Of a stretch of DNA of 64,000 nucleotides, positions 44,975 to 55,132 are shown piece by piece (the first letter of the stretch is position 1; the number at the start of each line of letters is the position of its first letter). The stretch is from IMG/VR virus record IMGVR_UViG_3300028840_008185, positions 254,374 to 318,373 of that record, one strand, 5' to 3'. Position numbers and translations under genes: made by a program. Under the pieces are notes generated by a model. That model was given only the letters and a program-made list of their open reading frames with translations, did not search any database and was not told the DNA's origin.

Positions 44975-45601
44975 TTATGATAAACTTCCACCGAGTCCAG
45001 AATTGATCATATCGGTAAACGACATACCGGCAGAGTCAAGCCTTCCTCTTATGCCCTTAACGTCTGTATTTCTTTCAATTGTATCTAGATCAAATGCTAT
45101 GCCGCGCTTTCCACCTTGAGCTGCGCTTATAGCACCTCTCATTGTCGTAATATATTCACAAGCTAAATCAGACTGTTCCATGATGAGAAAGTTTTCTGAT
45201 CTAAATGTGGGGTTATAGGTTTTGAACCAACAGTTATTTAGCGTGTGGACAATGGCATCACCAATCCCTAGACTATCGCTTCTGTCTATAATATCGATAT
45301 TGAAAGGTATTCTTTGAGATTGAATATTGATAAACCCTCTGGCAAAAGCTTCTGTTATTCTTAGACCATCAAACACAAGTCTTTGTACTTGAACACTAAT
45401 CTTAGCCGCTCCCTTGGGGTGAATCTCAATAACACCATCCGTCCCAATTTCCTCCCAGGTGTGCATTTCCCTATTTTGCTGAATGCTCAGGGATTGAACT
45501 GCGCCCACCGTGGTCGTGCCCACCTTTATTGTTATTTGGGTGGACAGACCACTTTGGATCTCCGGGACTAAGAAACTTCCAGAATTGGGATAAGTCGCCA
45601 T
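44975..45601 (-). CDS. Tail tube protein, paralog 1
   Basis: Aligns end to end with 44312-44947 (MATYPxSGS, EAFARGFINIxSQxxPF, NCWF, AAQGGxRGI). Confidence 0.85.
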   Translation of the reverse strand: MATYPNSGSFLVPEIQSGLSTQITIKVGTTTVGAVQSLSIQQNREMHTWEEIGTDGVIEIHPKGAAKISVQVQRLVFDGLRITEAFARGFINIQSQRIPFNIDIIDRSDSLGIGDAIVHTLNNCWFKTYNPTFRSENFLIMEQSDLACEYITTMRGAISAAQGGKRGIAFDLDTIERNTDVKGIRGRLDSAGMSFTDMINSGLGGSLS

Positions 45602-45615
45602 ACACTATTACTCCA

Positions 45616-48162
45616 TTAGAACAGGCCCACCGAGATGTCGATGAAGATCCAGTTTACTGGGTAGTTAGGCTGCACTTCAACCACGATGTTCCATTGTCTT
45701 GGTTCCACCTCATCCCGACCAACGGAAAGGTTCCTATAAGCCGTGATGTAGTTCTGTGAAACGAAGGCGTTAAGCAATCCCAGAGCCCTTGAAGTAAGAG
45801 ATGGAATAAGCGTTGGATCTTCGGGCTGGCCAATGAACGCCTGGAAGCTACGACGCATCGTGCGAGCGATCTGGTCACGAATGAAGACAATCGACATTTC
45901 CTCTTCTTCCGGGAATCCGCTCTGCGTAGTAGTCTTAGCGTGTTGCACTCTTGCGCCGCCAGCGACTGGCTGAAGCACTGCAATACCAGCATCGCCTAGC
46001 TTGTTAAGTTGATTTTCTGTAAATAGTTTGTCATTAAGAATTGTAAAGCCTACAAGTGTCTTGTAGGTTAGTGGCATAGCTATGTTAGGCTCACCAGCAA
46101 CTCTACCACCTGCGGCAGCAGCGATGTAATAACCAGGCAACGTAGTGCGTGAACCACTGATTACCTTGACAATTTCATCGGGATAGAAATACATTACCCT
46201 AAATGAATCTCCAAATGCATCAGCTACGCCGTAGTTTGCAAGGTCTTCAATGTTGGAATCCAAGATTTCCTCTGGATCATCTCCCTGAATCCCCTCAAGA
46301 ATTCCAATATCCTCAGGCGCGGCAAGTTCGTTTCCAAGCACTTGCTCGACAGTTAGGGTTTCTAAAGATCCCGTAAACAACAGCCTCTCCCTTCTGTAAT
46401 AGGTTGAAGACATGCGGTCTACGTGAACTCTAAATGCCTGTGTGATTGCAGAGAAAGTCTGTGCTGGAAGTGGAACAAGAATCTGTGCATCAACGGTTTC
46501 CAGAGTTTCCAACAATTCTGACCAATTGGCATCAAAGAAATCAGCATCTTCTACGTCGATGTAAGTAATTCTTAAGCCTCGTCCTGCTGCTAGAGCCAAG
46601 TCAGTCGTGAACAGAACTCTCTGTGAAGTGTCGCTTGGTGTGATAAGCTGCCATTTCAGATTGCTTTCCGTAGCAAAAGAACCTGCAGTTCTTTGAATCA
46701 CTACAGTTGTGGTGTCCGTAACAGAAATAATATCGAATCTTCCGGTGTTTGCCGCGAGCGCATTCACCAAGTCGATCTGTCTGTTGTTGGTTACATCTGC
46801 CTGAGTGAAGTTCCCAGACAAGCTAGTGAAAGTGGCTGTGGATCCGACTCCGATAGGAGCAAGAGCACCATCGGTAGAGGTCTGAATAATTCTATCGTCG
46901 GAAACTACCGTGTAGCTAAATGGATTACCACTTTGACCAGGATCCATGAACCGCGCCATTAGAAGCGTTGAGCTTCCCGTTTCCTCATAGTTCGAGAAAG
47001 CCGCTGTAATATCAGCGTCATAGAAAGTAACCTTGTTTGGGAAGATCTGATCTTCACTTCCGTCAGTGTTAATCATGAAGAAGTGAACTTCTGTATCTGT
47101 GTCTGGAAATCCAGGAGCCGTGATTGCGAAAATCAAATCCTCCGCATTGGCATTACCAGTTGCCCCACCCTGGCCAGTAACACTATTAAGTGCTGGGAGA
47201 ACAATTTCGGAGGTTCTCCTTGGGAGCGGAGGTTTGGCTTGCACAGCTAAAACTTCTGTTGCTCCATTCTCAAAGGCCATTTGGGCACCTAAGGATAAGG
47301 CATTATCCTCACTTGGATTTCCGTGTTTTTCAAATAGTTTCTGTGGATCGGTGAAAGTTTCGGGGTCATTGATGTCTAGAGTCGCAATGTAGCGAGCTTC
47401 TAGCTGATCTCCCACTTGTAAAACACGACTCTGTACTTGGATGGTGAATTTATCTCCAACATCAAATGGCTGGCCCGGAGCCGGGTTAAAAATAGCGAAG
47501 GAAATTATGCCGTTGCTTACGGCTGTGCCATCGCTTTTCCACAGATAGGGCTGGCCATATTCATCAAGAATTTGACCGCTTGTGGTTCCACTGACTGAGA
47601 AAGTGGCTTGGCCGCGTCTTGGAGCGCCGTAGCTGTCCCTGAGGACGCTAGAGCAGCGAACCGTCCAAGTTTCACCAGGGGCATTACTGTCTATTAGGGT
47701 TGGGGTGGAAAGATAACCATCACCAACATTAGTAGATGCCGCTGAATAGTACTGGCCTCCAAGGTCTACCAACGAAGCGCTTTGAAGCTCAATCTCTCCT
47801 GTGGTTGGATCAAGTTTAGCATCATACATGGTTGAGAAGCTCGATCCATCAATTGTTCCTTCAATGATTCTCAATTCAGCGCTGTTTAGAAGCAGAGTAG
47901 ATCTATTTTCAACCAAGGGGTAGGTCGCAGTACGGAAGAACCGCCCGTAACCTTCGGTAGGCGTGGTGCTGAAAGTTGGATCAAACCCGTCAGTTCCATC
48001 ACCAACGGCAGAATCAACAATCACTTCCTCACGTCTTCCTTCACCTTGTATGCTCAATATTCTAAGCCCGCCTGGGATAGAAACAGCACGAGTTAGAGTT
48101 CTCACTCTTGTTCTAACAGAAGGCTGAACATAGCCAACAATTCCGGGGATATTAGGACTCAT
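45616..48162 (-). CDS. Contractile tail sheath protein
   Basis: C-terminal QLNKLGDAGIAVL...EMSIVFIRDQI...FIGQP...NIVVEVQPNYPVNWIFI. Start moved to ATG 48162 (GGAGG RBS). Confidence 0.93.
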   Translation of the reverse strand: MSPNIPGIVGYVQPSVRTRVRTLTRAVSIPGGLRILSIQGEGRREEVIVDSAVGDGTDGFDPTFSTTPTEGYGRFFRTATYPLVENRSTLLLNSAELRIIEGTIDGSSFSTMYDAKLDPTTGEIELQSASLVDLGGQYYSAASTNVGDGYLSTPTLIDSNAPGETWTVRCSSVLRDSYGAPRRGQATFSVSGTTSGQILDEYGQPYLWKSDGTAVSNGIISFAIFNPAPGQPFDVGDKFTIQVQSRVLQVGDQLEARYIATLDINDPETFTDPQKLFEKHGNPSEDNALSLGAQMAFENGATEVLAVQAKPPLPRRTSEIVLPALNSVTGQGGATGNANAEDLIFAITAPGFPDTDTEVHFFMINTDGSEDQIFPNKVTFYDADITAAFSNYEETGSSTLLMARFMDPGQSGNPFSYTVVSDDRIIQTSTDGALAPIGVGSTATFTSLSGNFTQADVTNNRQIDLVNALAANTGRFDIISVTDTTTVVIQRTAGSFATESNLKWQLITPSDTSQRVLFTTDLALAAGRGLRITYIDVEDADFFDANWSELLETLETVDAQILVPLPAQTFSAITQAFRVHVDRMSSTYYRRERLLFTGSLETLTVEQVLGNELAAPEDIGILEGIQGDDPEEILDSNIEDLANYGVADAFGDSFRVMYFYPDEIVKVISGSRTTLPGYYIAAAAGGRVAGEPNIAMPLTYKTLVGFTILNDKLFTENQLNKLGDAGIAVLQPVAGGARVQHAKTTTQSGFPEEEEMSIVFIRDQIARTMRRSFQAFIGQPEDPTLIPSLTSRALGLLNAFVSQNYITAYRNLSVGRDEVEPRQWNIVVEVQPNYPVNWIFIDISVGLF

Positions 48163-48190
48163 TATACAATCCTCCAAAGATATTATATAT

Positions 48191-48222
48191 CCTTTCAGGA
48201 ATATGTTTGATTATTGATAGAT
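48191..48222 (-). promoter_or_regulatory. Putative promoter ATCTATCAATA-N14-TGAAAGG upstream of the sheath gene
   Basis: 11-nt identity with 13557-13567, with matching spacing to TGAAAGG and to the ATG (50 vs 49 nt). Confidence 0.55.
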
Positions 48223-48275
48223 ATTGGAATATCAACCGCTTATGGTATATCGGGCAATAAAAGAATTGTTGTTTA

Positions 48276-48286
48276 CTATCAATATA
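48276..48286 (+). promoter_or_regulatory. CTATCAATATA copy oriented toward the plus-strand HNH-like gene
   Basis: Identical to the reverse complement of 13555-13565; ends 24 nt before ATG 48311. Confidence 0.45.
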
Positions 48287-48310
48287 AATTCATTTTGTTG
48301 GAGGTGAAAG

Positions 48311-48811
48311 ATGCCGGTGTGTAAAAATTGTGATGAGAAATTTCCTAATAAAATCAAAGAGAATGGGCATACATACAGCCTGGCAGGCAGGAAGTTCTGC
48401 CCCAAATGTAGCCCAATAGGTGGTAGAAACACACGTACTTACATAATTGAAGTTGAGGAGGGAAAGGCATTTTGTGCGCGATGCCAAGACATCAAGAGCA
48501 TAAAGGAGTTCTATATCCGCAAAGAAAACGGCAAACCTTTCTCATACTGCCGAAAATGCCAAAAAGAAATTAAAGACTTGAAATTACAAGAGAAACTTGA
48601 TAGAATAATAGAAGAAAGAAGCGGCGCGTGCTGCGATTGCGGCACCATGCTGCCTCCACCCATTTATGAGTTCTACAAAGATGGAAAGACATATCATATC
48701 AGTAGGGCGAAAAATATGTCTCTACAAAAGCTTAAGGAAGAATTAAGAGATCACTTGATGCTCTGTAAGAACTGTTGTGCGCTTAGAAAATGGGAATTAG
48801 GGAATGGGTAA
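48311..48811 (+). CDS. Multi-Zn-finger, degenerate HNH-like protein; the only plus-strand gene
   Basis: Six CxxC-type pairs; GGAGGTGA RBS. C-terminal CCDCG...YEFYK...LKEEL...LMLCKNCC resembles phage HNH (FHH...LLCANCH) but lacks the His residues. Confidence 0.7.
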   Translation: MPVCKNCDEKFPNKIKENGHTYSLAGRKFCPKCSPIGGRNTRTYIIEVEEGKAFCARCQDIKSIKEFYIRKENGKPFSYCRKCQKEIKDLKLQEKLDRIIEERSGACCDCGTMLPPPIYEFYKDGKTYHISRAKNMSLQKLKEELRDHLMLCKNCCALRKWELGNG

Positions 48812-49579
48812 GGTAAGCACGCCATCCTCAAACATAAGAACCGTCACATCCGTAGAAAATCTTGTCCCACCCAACAAGCCGTAATTGAAACAGAAATTGA
48901 TTGTATCCGCTATGGCATTTGCGTCTACTGGAATCTCACGACGCCATTCGCTATATGTATCAACTGTGATGCTCTGTAGATAGACCTTTTCATTGCCCCA
49001 ATCCTCTTCTCTTTCGCCACCCATACTCACTTTGTTGATGTGCAAGCCTGCCTCGTAAAGTGGCTGGCGTGCTGCTCCAATAAGGAAAGAAGAGACAATA
49101 TCGGTAAGTTCTTCTCTATCGGGCGTGCTTTCCGCAGCTATTTGAACCTCAAAGCTTTGATTCCAAGCGCCCGCTATAACCTTATGAGTGGGAACTCTTA
49201 CGAAAGAACGATTCCCATAACCATCCAAAACCAGATCTAACCTATATTTGTTTGTGAAGTTTTGGTTGAAGCTCACAGGATTGTATGTTCCAGATGAATG
49301 GCGAACCGTGACTGCTGGCCAAAATCTCTTGTCCAGGCGATAGATGTCCCCGATATACATGCGTGTGGTGCATTCGTTCTGAATATCTGGAGGTAAATCG
49401 GTGACGTTGGGCGTAAGCGGAAAGCCAAAGCCGTCTGATGTATAGCGATACAGCGTGTCCTGCTTGAAGTGCTCGCGCAAGACATCTATGAGCAGATTCT
49501 TACCCTGAGAAACTGCTACTTGCCTTACAAAGTCTTCAAGAGCAAATAAATCGCTATAGACGCGATGACTAGTTGCCAT
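48797..49579 (-). CDS. Tail terminator / neck-tail completion protein (putative)
   Basis: IYIGD-like MYIGDIY..WPAVTV, then SFEVQIAAESTPDREELTD; sits just upstream of the sheath gene. Confidence 0.65.
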   Translation of the reverse strand: MATSHRVYSDLFALEDFVRQVAVSQGKNLLIDVLREHFKQDTLYRYTSDGFGFPLTPNVTDLPPDIQNECTTRMYIGDIYRLDKRFWPAVTVRHSSGTYNPVSFNQNFTNKYRLDLVLDGYGNRSFVRVPTHKVIAGAWNQSFEVQIAAESTPDREELTDIVSSFLIGAARQPLYEAGLHINKVSMGGEREEDWGNEKVYLQSITVDTYSEWRREIPVDANAIADTINFCFNYGLLGGTRFSTDVTVLMFEDGVLTLPIP

Positions 49580-49590
49580 TTAGGATCTCC

Positions 49591-50100
49591 TTATATTTCA
49601 GGCTGAGAAACTCTGGTTATTGTCCCTGCCTGAACTGTGAAAGTGACATTGGCGTGTATCTCATCTTTCAAGTAATATTCCGCCGAGTATCTGCCCATTG
49701 GTAGAAAGGCCATCCACTCTCCCGCCCGATTCGTCTTCGTCTTCTTAACCACTTGATTCTTATCATCATATACGGTGATGTTCACCCCACCACGCATGCG
49801 CCCACTCTGGTCTTTGATTTTGCCTACAGCTTTGTGAGTCGTCTTCTTGCTTACTTCCTCCCCAAATTGTTGCTGGGGTTTGATCTGTGGTTGTGCTTTT
49901 GGAGTCACTCGTGGCTTTAGCGATGGGAGAGCCACTTGTGGCTGGGGTTCAGGCTTCGCCTCGCCGCTTGGCGGCGCGAAGCCGTTGGCCCTGTTAAGTA
50001 GCTCCTTCATCATCTGCTCTATGATTACATATCTTCTGTCAAGCAACTCAACTTTCTCAAGCAGCTCTTCTATCATTTCTATTCCTGATCTTTCTGTCAT
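49591..50100 (-). CDS. Hypothetical protein: N-terminal coiled coil, Pro/Gln linker, C-terminal carboxypeptidase-regulatory-like beta-sandwich
   Basis: GKIKDQSG..GVNITVYD..TKTNRAGEW...GRYSAEY; AGGAG RBS. Confidence 0.65.
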   Translation of the reverse strand: MTERSGIEMIEELLEKVELLDRRYVIIEQMMKELLNRANGFAPPSGEAKPEPQPQVALPSLKPRVTPKAQPQIKPQQQFGEEVSKKTTHKAVGKIKDQSGRMRGGVNITVYDDKNQVVKKTKTNRAGEWMAFLPMGRYSAEYYLKDEIHANVTFTVQAGTITRVSQPEI

Positions 50101-50110
50101 TATTTCTCCT

Positions 50111-53100
50111 TTATAGGGTGTAGTTAACTCTTCCCTGCAAAACTGATATCGTATATGGGCCAGCAGTGTTTTGTGGCTCTAGTGATATGCCATGATGATC
50201 TTCGTATTGCATTATATTAGTTCCTGCCGGGCCGGCAGGTAATATCGTTTCATATTGATTGCCTGTGCCCTGTGCATTTTGTGCAGCCCTAAGGGTATAA
50301 TAAGCTACCGATGGGCCAAATCCTCGCGACATGGACCAACCTAGTTGAAAATCACCCACTACACCGACTAAGTTATACCATATTTCAACATTGTTGATAG
50401 TAGCTCCCACAGGGACAGTTTCTGTTCCAAAACTAAAAGCCAAAAGATTAAAGGTGCTGTCATATATAGTTTTGGTGGCTATCCATCCCCCACCAAACAC
50501 CAACCAACTGCATGCACCGCCGTTAACGTCCATATCCACAACAGCTGAATGTGTAGGAAAAACAACCGAATAAGTCTGCCCCTTGTTATTTATGTCCGTA
50601 TTGCCAGTTCCAGTCAAGTTTATCATGGTGGTGGCGGAAACGAAAAAGTAATTGTGTGCTACAAGGCAATCCGCCGCTCCCACTCCATTAATAACACCAT
50701 CGCCACTGAACGCAGCCGCTCCTCTAAACCAATTGTTACATATTATGTGATTGCTGGTATCCGTTACTTCTAATATTGCTCCAATCGTAGCACCAGCGTT
50801 GTGCCTGAACACATTGTCACTTATGAGATATCCCCAAGCACCACCAGGACCAGATGCTGTAATATATACGATATCCTGTCCAGTATTGCCCTCACCAGTT
50901 ACATAGTTGCCAGTGAAGATCACATTGCTCCCAGAACCTAGAGAGATATGATCCAGGCGTACCACATTTATATTCTCTGCTCCTTCAAAAAAGTTATCCG
51001 CAATCAATACATCATTAATGCCCCCACTAATTGATAAGCAAAAACGACCGTCACGAACAAAGTTGTTGGATATAATAGATTCATTTAGGCCCTGCGAGAA
51101 AAACATGCCGTGCGATGCAGCATTACCATAAAAGCCTGTAATAAGATTGCCAGAAATTAAAAAGTTGGTAGGCCCATCGTCAACCTGTATACCTGTCCCT
51201 ATACCTTGGTCCGAGCCACCTGGATTCACCAGAGTATTATTCGTTATCGTGAATCCATCATCTTGATTACCAGCATTTACCTCTGCACTAATCATTCTTC
51301 CATCAGCACCGGAAGTGTCTGTGCATTCTATATGATTTTTATCTATAGTTATTCTAGTTCCATCCTCAACTCTAATAAGTCTAGTTGCTGCCCCAGGAGC
51401 AGAGGATTTTAAAATGTAATTATTATGTATCAATACATCAGTCGGGTCTGTTGTAAGCACGATGGCATTATCTGAAATGCCAGTCATGGTATTATCATTT
51501 ATGGTTAAGTTAGTTACAGAAGTAATTGACACGACAGTTGGAGCATCAAAAATATTGCCACTTATTTCCATGTTTGTAACATTGTTAAGAACCACAGCGA
51601 TATCAACCACTCCTGTGAAAGCAGAGTTTTTAACAACAGAATTGGCCACACTGTTGTCACAATAAATAGCGCGGCCAGGATTGGTAAACAAACAGTTAGA
51701 AATCTTTATAACGTTCACGTCATCAGCCGCAATTGCAAAATTGCTTGCATTCGGATTGTCGAAAACAAATCTACAGCGTTCTATGCGTATGCCAGTTATG
51801 TCACTACCCAAGCCACCGATGAAGGCGCCTGTTAAAGTTGTTGAACCGGTTTGAAAACCCAGGTCTCTAATAGTACAGCCGTTACCAGGAATTATGGTGC
51901 TGAAGGGAGTGCTATTGGTAACGTAAATAATTGAGTCTATTAGACTGTCACCCTCAAGTGTTGTCCCAGCAGGCAGTATAATAGTGTCAGCTGAGGCGGT
52001 TATTTCAAGATCAATTGTTCCCCTAACGCGAATTCTCATTGGAACTGGCAAATCGGCATAAGCATTGATATAATTTACGGCAGCTTGTAACGAGGCAAAA
52101 GAGCCATGAGTTATGTCATTTTCCTCAACGATCAGATCAATCTTGTTATCCAGCTTGTTGACAAATCTTCTCAAATCTCGTATAGCGTCCACAGTATTGC
52201 CAGCGTTAATATCCACCTGTGCTATGATAGTCTTGTCATCACTGCTGAGAATTTCAGCAAGCGTAGGTGTGGTTAGAACACCAGACGCATAAAATCCGTC
52301 CTCAAGCATCTGAAACGCACCATCAGCATCCACGAACACATTGTAGGTAACAGCAGCCCCGTTTTCTGGTATGGCTATGTTCTTACCACCTATAGAAAAC
52401 ACAGTGCCGTTTACCAGGATTTCACCGCCAGCGACACTAACCGTAGTAGTTCCGGCCACCCCAAAACCACGAATTATCCCGGCGCCGCGCAGCAAAGAGC
52501 GAGGGTATGTTATGTTGTCTCTAGTAAAGTCATCGCGCACATCTTGCCTTCCCACATTTCCAAACAGACGCAAATCTTCCAGATGTTTGAAGCTGGTCGT
52601 ATTGTGAAGCACGGTGCCCACCTGCACATATAGCTCCTCACTAATTCTATCGAATATTTCTAAATCGATGTAGTTTATGTTGTTAGTTCCAGGATCGGCC
52701 GCAACTTCTATTTCCACATAATCTATTCCATTTACATCGTATAGCTTGAACCTAAAACCTTCAGAGTCCGAACTGGGTATTGTAACGCTCACACCAGGAT
52801 TTATTATAGTCGCGCCCGATCTGTCTCCCAGGGTCACAACTCTACTTTCATACTGAATTCTCTTGTTGGGATTGGTTCTAAATGTTCTTGAGACGGCCAC
52901 AATATCAAACCAGGATTCTGGATTGTTTGGCGTGCCCGCCGCATTTTGGTAGGTTAAACGTCTAGTTCCTCTCAATTGGCTGGTAACAAACTGATATCCA
53001 TCCACAAACAGCTCATAAAGAGTGCGGTCGGTCGGAGTAGTGATGCCGAAGTAGTCAGCATATATGTCTATAGTTACATTCTCGTTGGTGCTAAAGTTAT

Positions 53101-54733
53101 GTAGCACATTAAGGTTAGTGCTCAACACCTGGTCAAATATCCAGGTGCCGTCGTCAGCTGTTGAGTTTTTCACCCTTACAATTCCATTCTCTTTAATGCC
53201 CAAATCATCCAGATTTACAGCAGCAACGATTGTGTCAGAGCCATTTACTATTGCTCCCGTCGTGCTAACGATCTTTCTAACAGCAGCAATCTCATATCCA
53301 TCGATATAAAATTTGCGCTCCTCAAGACTTTGTGCTATTTCTCCTTCATTAAAGCCTAGTGCCTCCCAAGCTGTAGACCCTCCAGACGGAGCGAGAGCAG
53401 TCAGAGTCCCCTCAGGCTCGTCAAATGCCAGTCCCATCTCCCCTTTATAATGGAAAGCAATCAGCGGGCTGCCAGCAGTCGTAAAAGTATCGTTCAACAC
53501 TTGCGTTAGATTTTCTGGAGTCCAATTGCTTGGGTTAGCTGAAAATGCTGTCATCGCTGCCAACACATCAATGTCTCCAGTATTTCCTGAGGCCCAACCA
53601 ACTCTGATGTTCTGAACTCCAGCCGTTAAGGCTCGCACATCTAACCCACTACTTACAAGGAAAGGTGCAGCAGGTTGCACCAACTGAAGAACTTCGCCAG
53701 AAAAATCCGCTTTTTTAGTTGCAACTATAAGATTGGCCGGCTCGGATGTTTCTTCAGAAGTTCTGTATACAGCCGCAGTGCCAGTGCCGCTAGCTGGAGA
53801 AGGATTGATAGTATTAACTAATGTGTTTGAGATTACTTCATCAATGCGCAACTTATAGGTGTTTGAACCCAAAGTTACATCAATCACATCTCCCCTGGCA
53901 GCAATCGCCAAGTTGGCTTGTGCGGCGCTGAATGTTACTCTGTTAACACCCTCCACCACTGTTGCGGCGGCAGAAGCAACAATACCAACATTGCGGTTGG
54001 TGCCAGGCAGAAAAGTTTCCTGTGTTCTTAGGATGCCATTGCTGTGTTGTCTGTCTTGGTGCTGCACCAAAGCCCTTACGCCAAGCTCATCAAGCTCTTC
54101 AAAAGCAGTCTGGCCGTCGGTTGCATTAATGAATAGGAAGTTTGAATTATCAACAGAGATTGCACTGGCGTCGTGGGCGTCTGTAGGATCCGCAATGTGA
54201 TCGTCAATTCTACCTCTTATGTCCGTCACAATCCCTTGGAGGTTTTGGGAAGCATATGGGGCCACATACCCATCAATATCACTGGTGTAGTGGCGCCCAT
54301 ATGTGCTTGGATGCGCAACATGCTGCGTTAGATTGTTTATATCGACAGCGACTTTGTTCTCCAAAGAGATGATGCGGACTCGATTCTCATCAATCCAAGT
54401 TTTGAGCTGGACAGTGCTATAATCCAAGTCTAGCTTGGACTCCTCTATTCCAGCAGTGGCAGCTATCATGCTATTGGTTATTGGCAATGCTACCAAACCG
54501 ATAGTGGTGAGCGCCGAGGCTTTAATCGAGCCATCGGGGGCCAGCGACTGATCAAGTCGCGCAGCGACATCGGCAGCAGTTCCCTGCGGATCCAAACCAA
54601 GAGTTTCCTCAATCTGGAATACCGCACTGCGCAAGCCGTTTATAGCATCGCCGCCAATTTCCGTTATGTTGTCGTCAACTCGCGGTAGTTCTTTATCAGT
54701 GTCGAGTTCGCCAGGATATTTGCTATCAGGCAT
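50111..54733 (-). CDS. Large tail fibre/tailspike with C-terminal right-handed beta-helix
   Basis: Fibre-like HDASAIS repeat, FASLQAAV, and many I.I.NN.I repeats. The N-terminal anchor is shared with 55369-57708. Confidence 0.78.
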   Translation of the reverse strand: MPDSKYPGELDTDKELPRVDDNITEIGGDAINGLRSAVFQIEETLGLDPQGTAADVAARLDQSLAPDGSIKASALTTIGLVALPITNSMIAATAGIEESKLDLDYSTVQLKTWIDENRVRIISLENKVAVDINNLTQHVAHPSTYGRHYTSDIDGYVAPYASQNLQGIVTDIRGRIDDHIADPTDAHDASAISVDNSNFLFINATDGQTAFEELDELGVRALVQHQDRQHSNGILRTQETFLPGTNRNVGIVASAAATVVEGVNRVTFSAAQANLAIAARGDVIDVTLGSNTYKLRIDEVISNTLVNTINPSPASGTGTAAVYRTSEETSEPANLIVATKKADFSGEVLQLVQPAAPFLVSSGLDVRALTAGVQNIRVGWASGNTGDIDVLAAMTAFSANPSNWTPENLTQVLNDTFTTAGSPLIAFHYKGEMGLAFDEPEGTLTALAPSGGSTAWEALGFNEGEIAQSLEERKFYIDGYEIAAVRKIVSTTGAIVNGSDTIVAAVNLDDLGIKENGIVRVKNSTADDGTWIFDQVLSTNLNVLHNFSTNENVTIDIYADYFGITTPTDRTLYELFVDGYQFVTSQLRGTRRLTYQNAAGTPNNPESWFDIVAVSRTFRTNPNKRIQYESRVVTLGDRSGATIINPGVSVTIPSSDSEGFRFKLYDVNGIDYVEIEVAADPGTNNINYIDLEIFDRISEELYVQVGTVLHNTTSFKHLEDLRLFGNVGRQDVRDDFTRDNITYPRSLLRGAGIIRGFGVAGTTTVSVAGGEILVNGTVFSIGGKNIAIPENGAAVTYNVFVDADGAFQMLEDGFYASGVLTTPTLAEILSSDDKTIIAQVDINAGNTVDAIRDLRRFVNKLDNKIDLIVEENDITHGSFASLQAAVNYINAYADLPVPMRIRVRGTIDLEITASADTIILPAGTTLEGDSLIDSIIYVTNSTPFSTIIPGNGCTIRDLGFQTGSTTLTGAFIGGLGSDITGIRIERCRFVFDNPNASNFAIAADDVNVIKISNCLFTNPGRAIYCDNSVANSVVKNSAFTGVVDIAVVLNNVTNMEISGNIFDAPTVVSITSVTNLTINDNTMTGISDNAIVLTTDPTDVLIHNNYILKSSAPGAATRLIRVEDGTRITIDKNHIECTDTSGADGRMISAEVNAGNQDDGFTITNNTLVNPGGSDQGIGTGIQVDDGPTNFLISGNLITGFYGNAASHGMFFSQGLNESIISNNFVRDGRFCLSISGGINDVLIADNFFEGAENINVVRLDHISLGSGSNVIFTGNYVTGEGNTGQDIVYITASGPGGAWGYLISDNVFRHNAGATIGAILEVTDTSNHIICNNWFRGAAAFSGDGVINGVGAADCLVAHNYFFVSATTMINLTGTGNTDINNKGQTYSVVFPTHSAVVDMDVNGGACSWLVFGGGWIATKTIYDSTFNLLAFSFGTETVPVGATINNVEIWYNLVGVVGDFQLGWSMSRGFGPSVAYYTLRAAQNAQGTGNQYETILPAGPAGTNIMQYEDHHGISLEPQNTAGPYTISVLQGRVNYTL

Positions 54734-54751
54734 CTATTTGATCCTCCAAAG

Positions 54752-55132
54752 TTATGCTTCCCCTTCCTCGTTCGCCTTTATAGTAGAAGTAGTTGTTTTC
54801 GTTTTCTTTTTCTTCTTGTCATCTTGCGATTCTGTAGTAGATGTGCTCACTTCAGCATTGATTCCAGCACTAAAAGTAAGGCCGCCGTTCTGCTCAATTT
54901 TCTTCTGCCAGACATTTGCGCCAAAGTATGCGGAGACTACCAGGGTAATTACCGAGACCCATTCAGTCCCGCTTAATAGGAATAGAGCAGACTTTGCCTT
55001 GAACACCCACGCACTAAGGAGTGGCGGAACAAAAGCGCCTAAAGTGGCCAAGATTATTACTAGCATAACTAACTGCCATTTTCTTGACTGATATTTTTTG
55101 TATTCTTTTCCGTTATATTTACCATTAGGCAT
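54752..55132 (-). CDS. Holin-like small membrane protein
   Basis: Two hydrophobic segments ending AYFGANV, with a charged Lys-rich C-terminus. Start moved to ATG 55132 (AGGAG RBS). Confidence 0.55.
   Translation of the reverse strand: MPNGKYNGKEYKKYQSRKWQLVMLVIILATLGAFVPPLLSAWVFKAKSALFLLSGTEWVSVITLVVSAYFGANVWQKKIEQNGGLTFSAGINAEVSTSTTESQDDKKKKKTKTTTSTIKANEEGEA

Noticed and set aside
13645-48162. A host-encoded eCIS/tailocin locus instead of a virus
   Set aside because: Neck/adaptor-like genes, a frameshifted G/T chaperone, homing-endonuclease-like genes and uniform single-strand packing fit a phage genome better. Not fully excluded, because no capsid gene is in the window.
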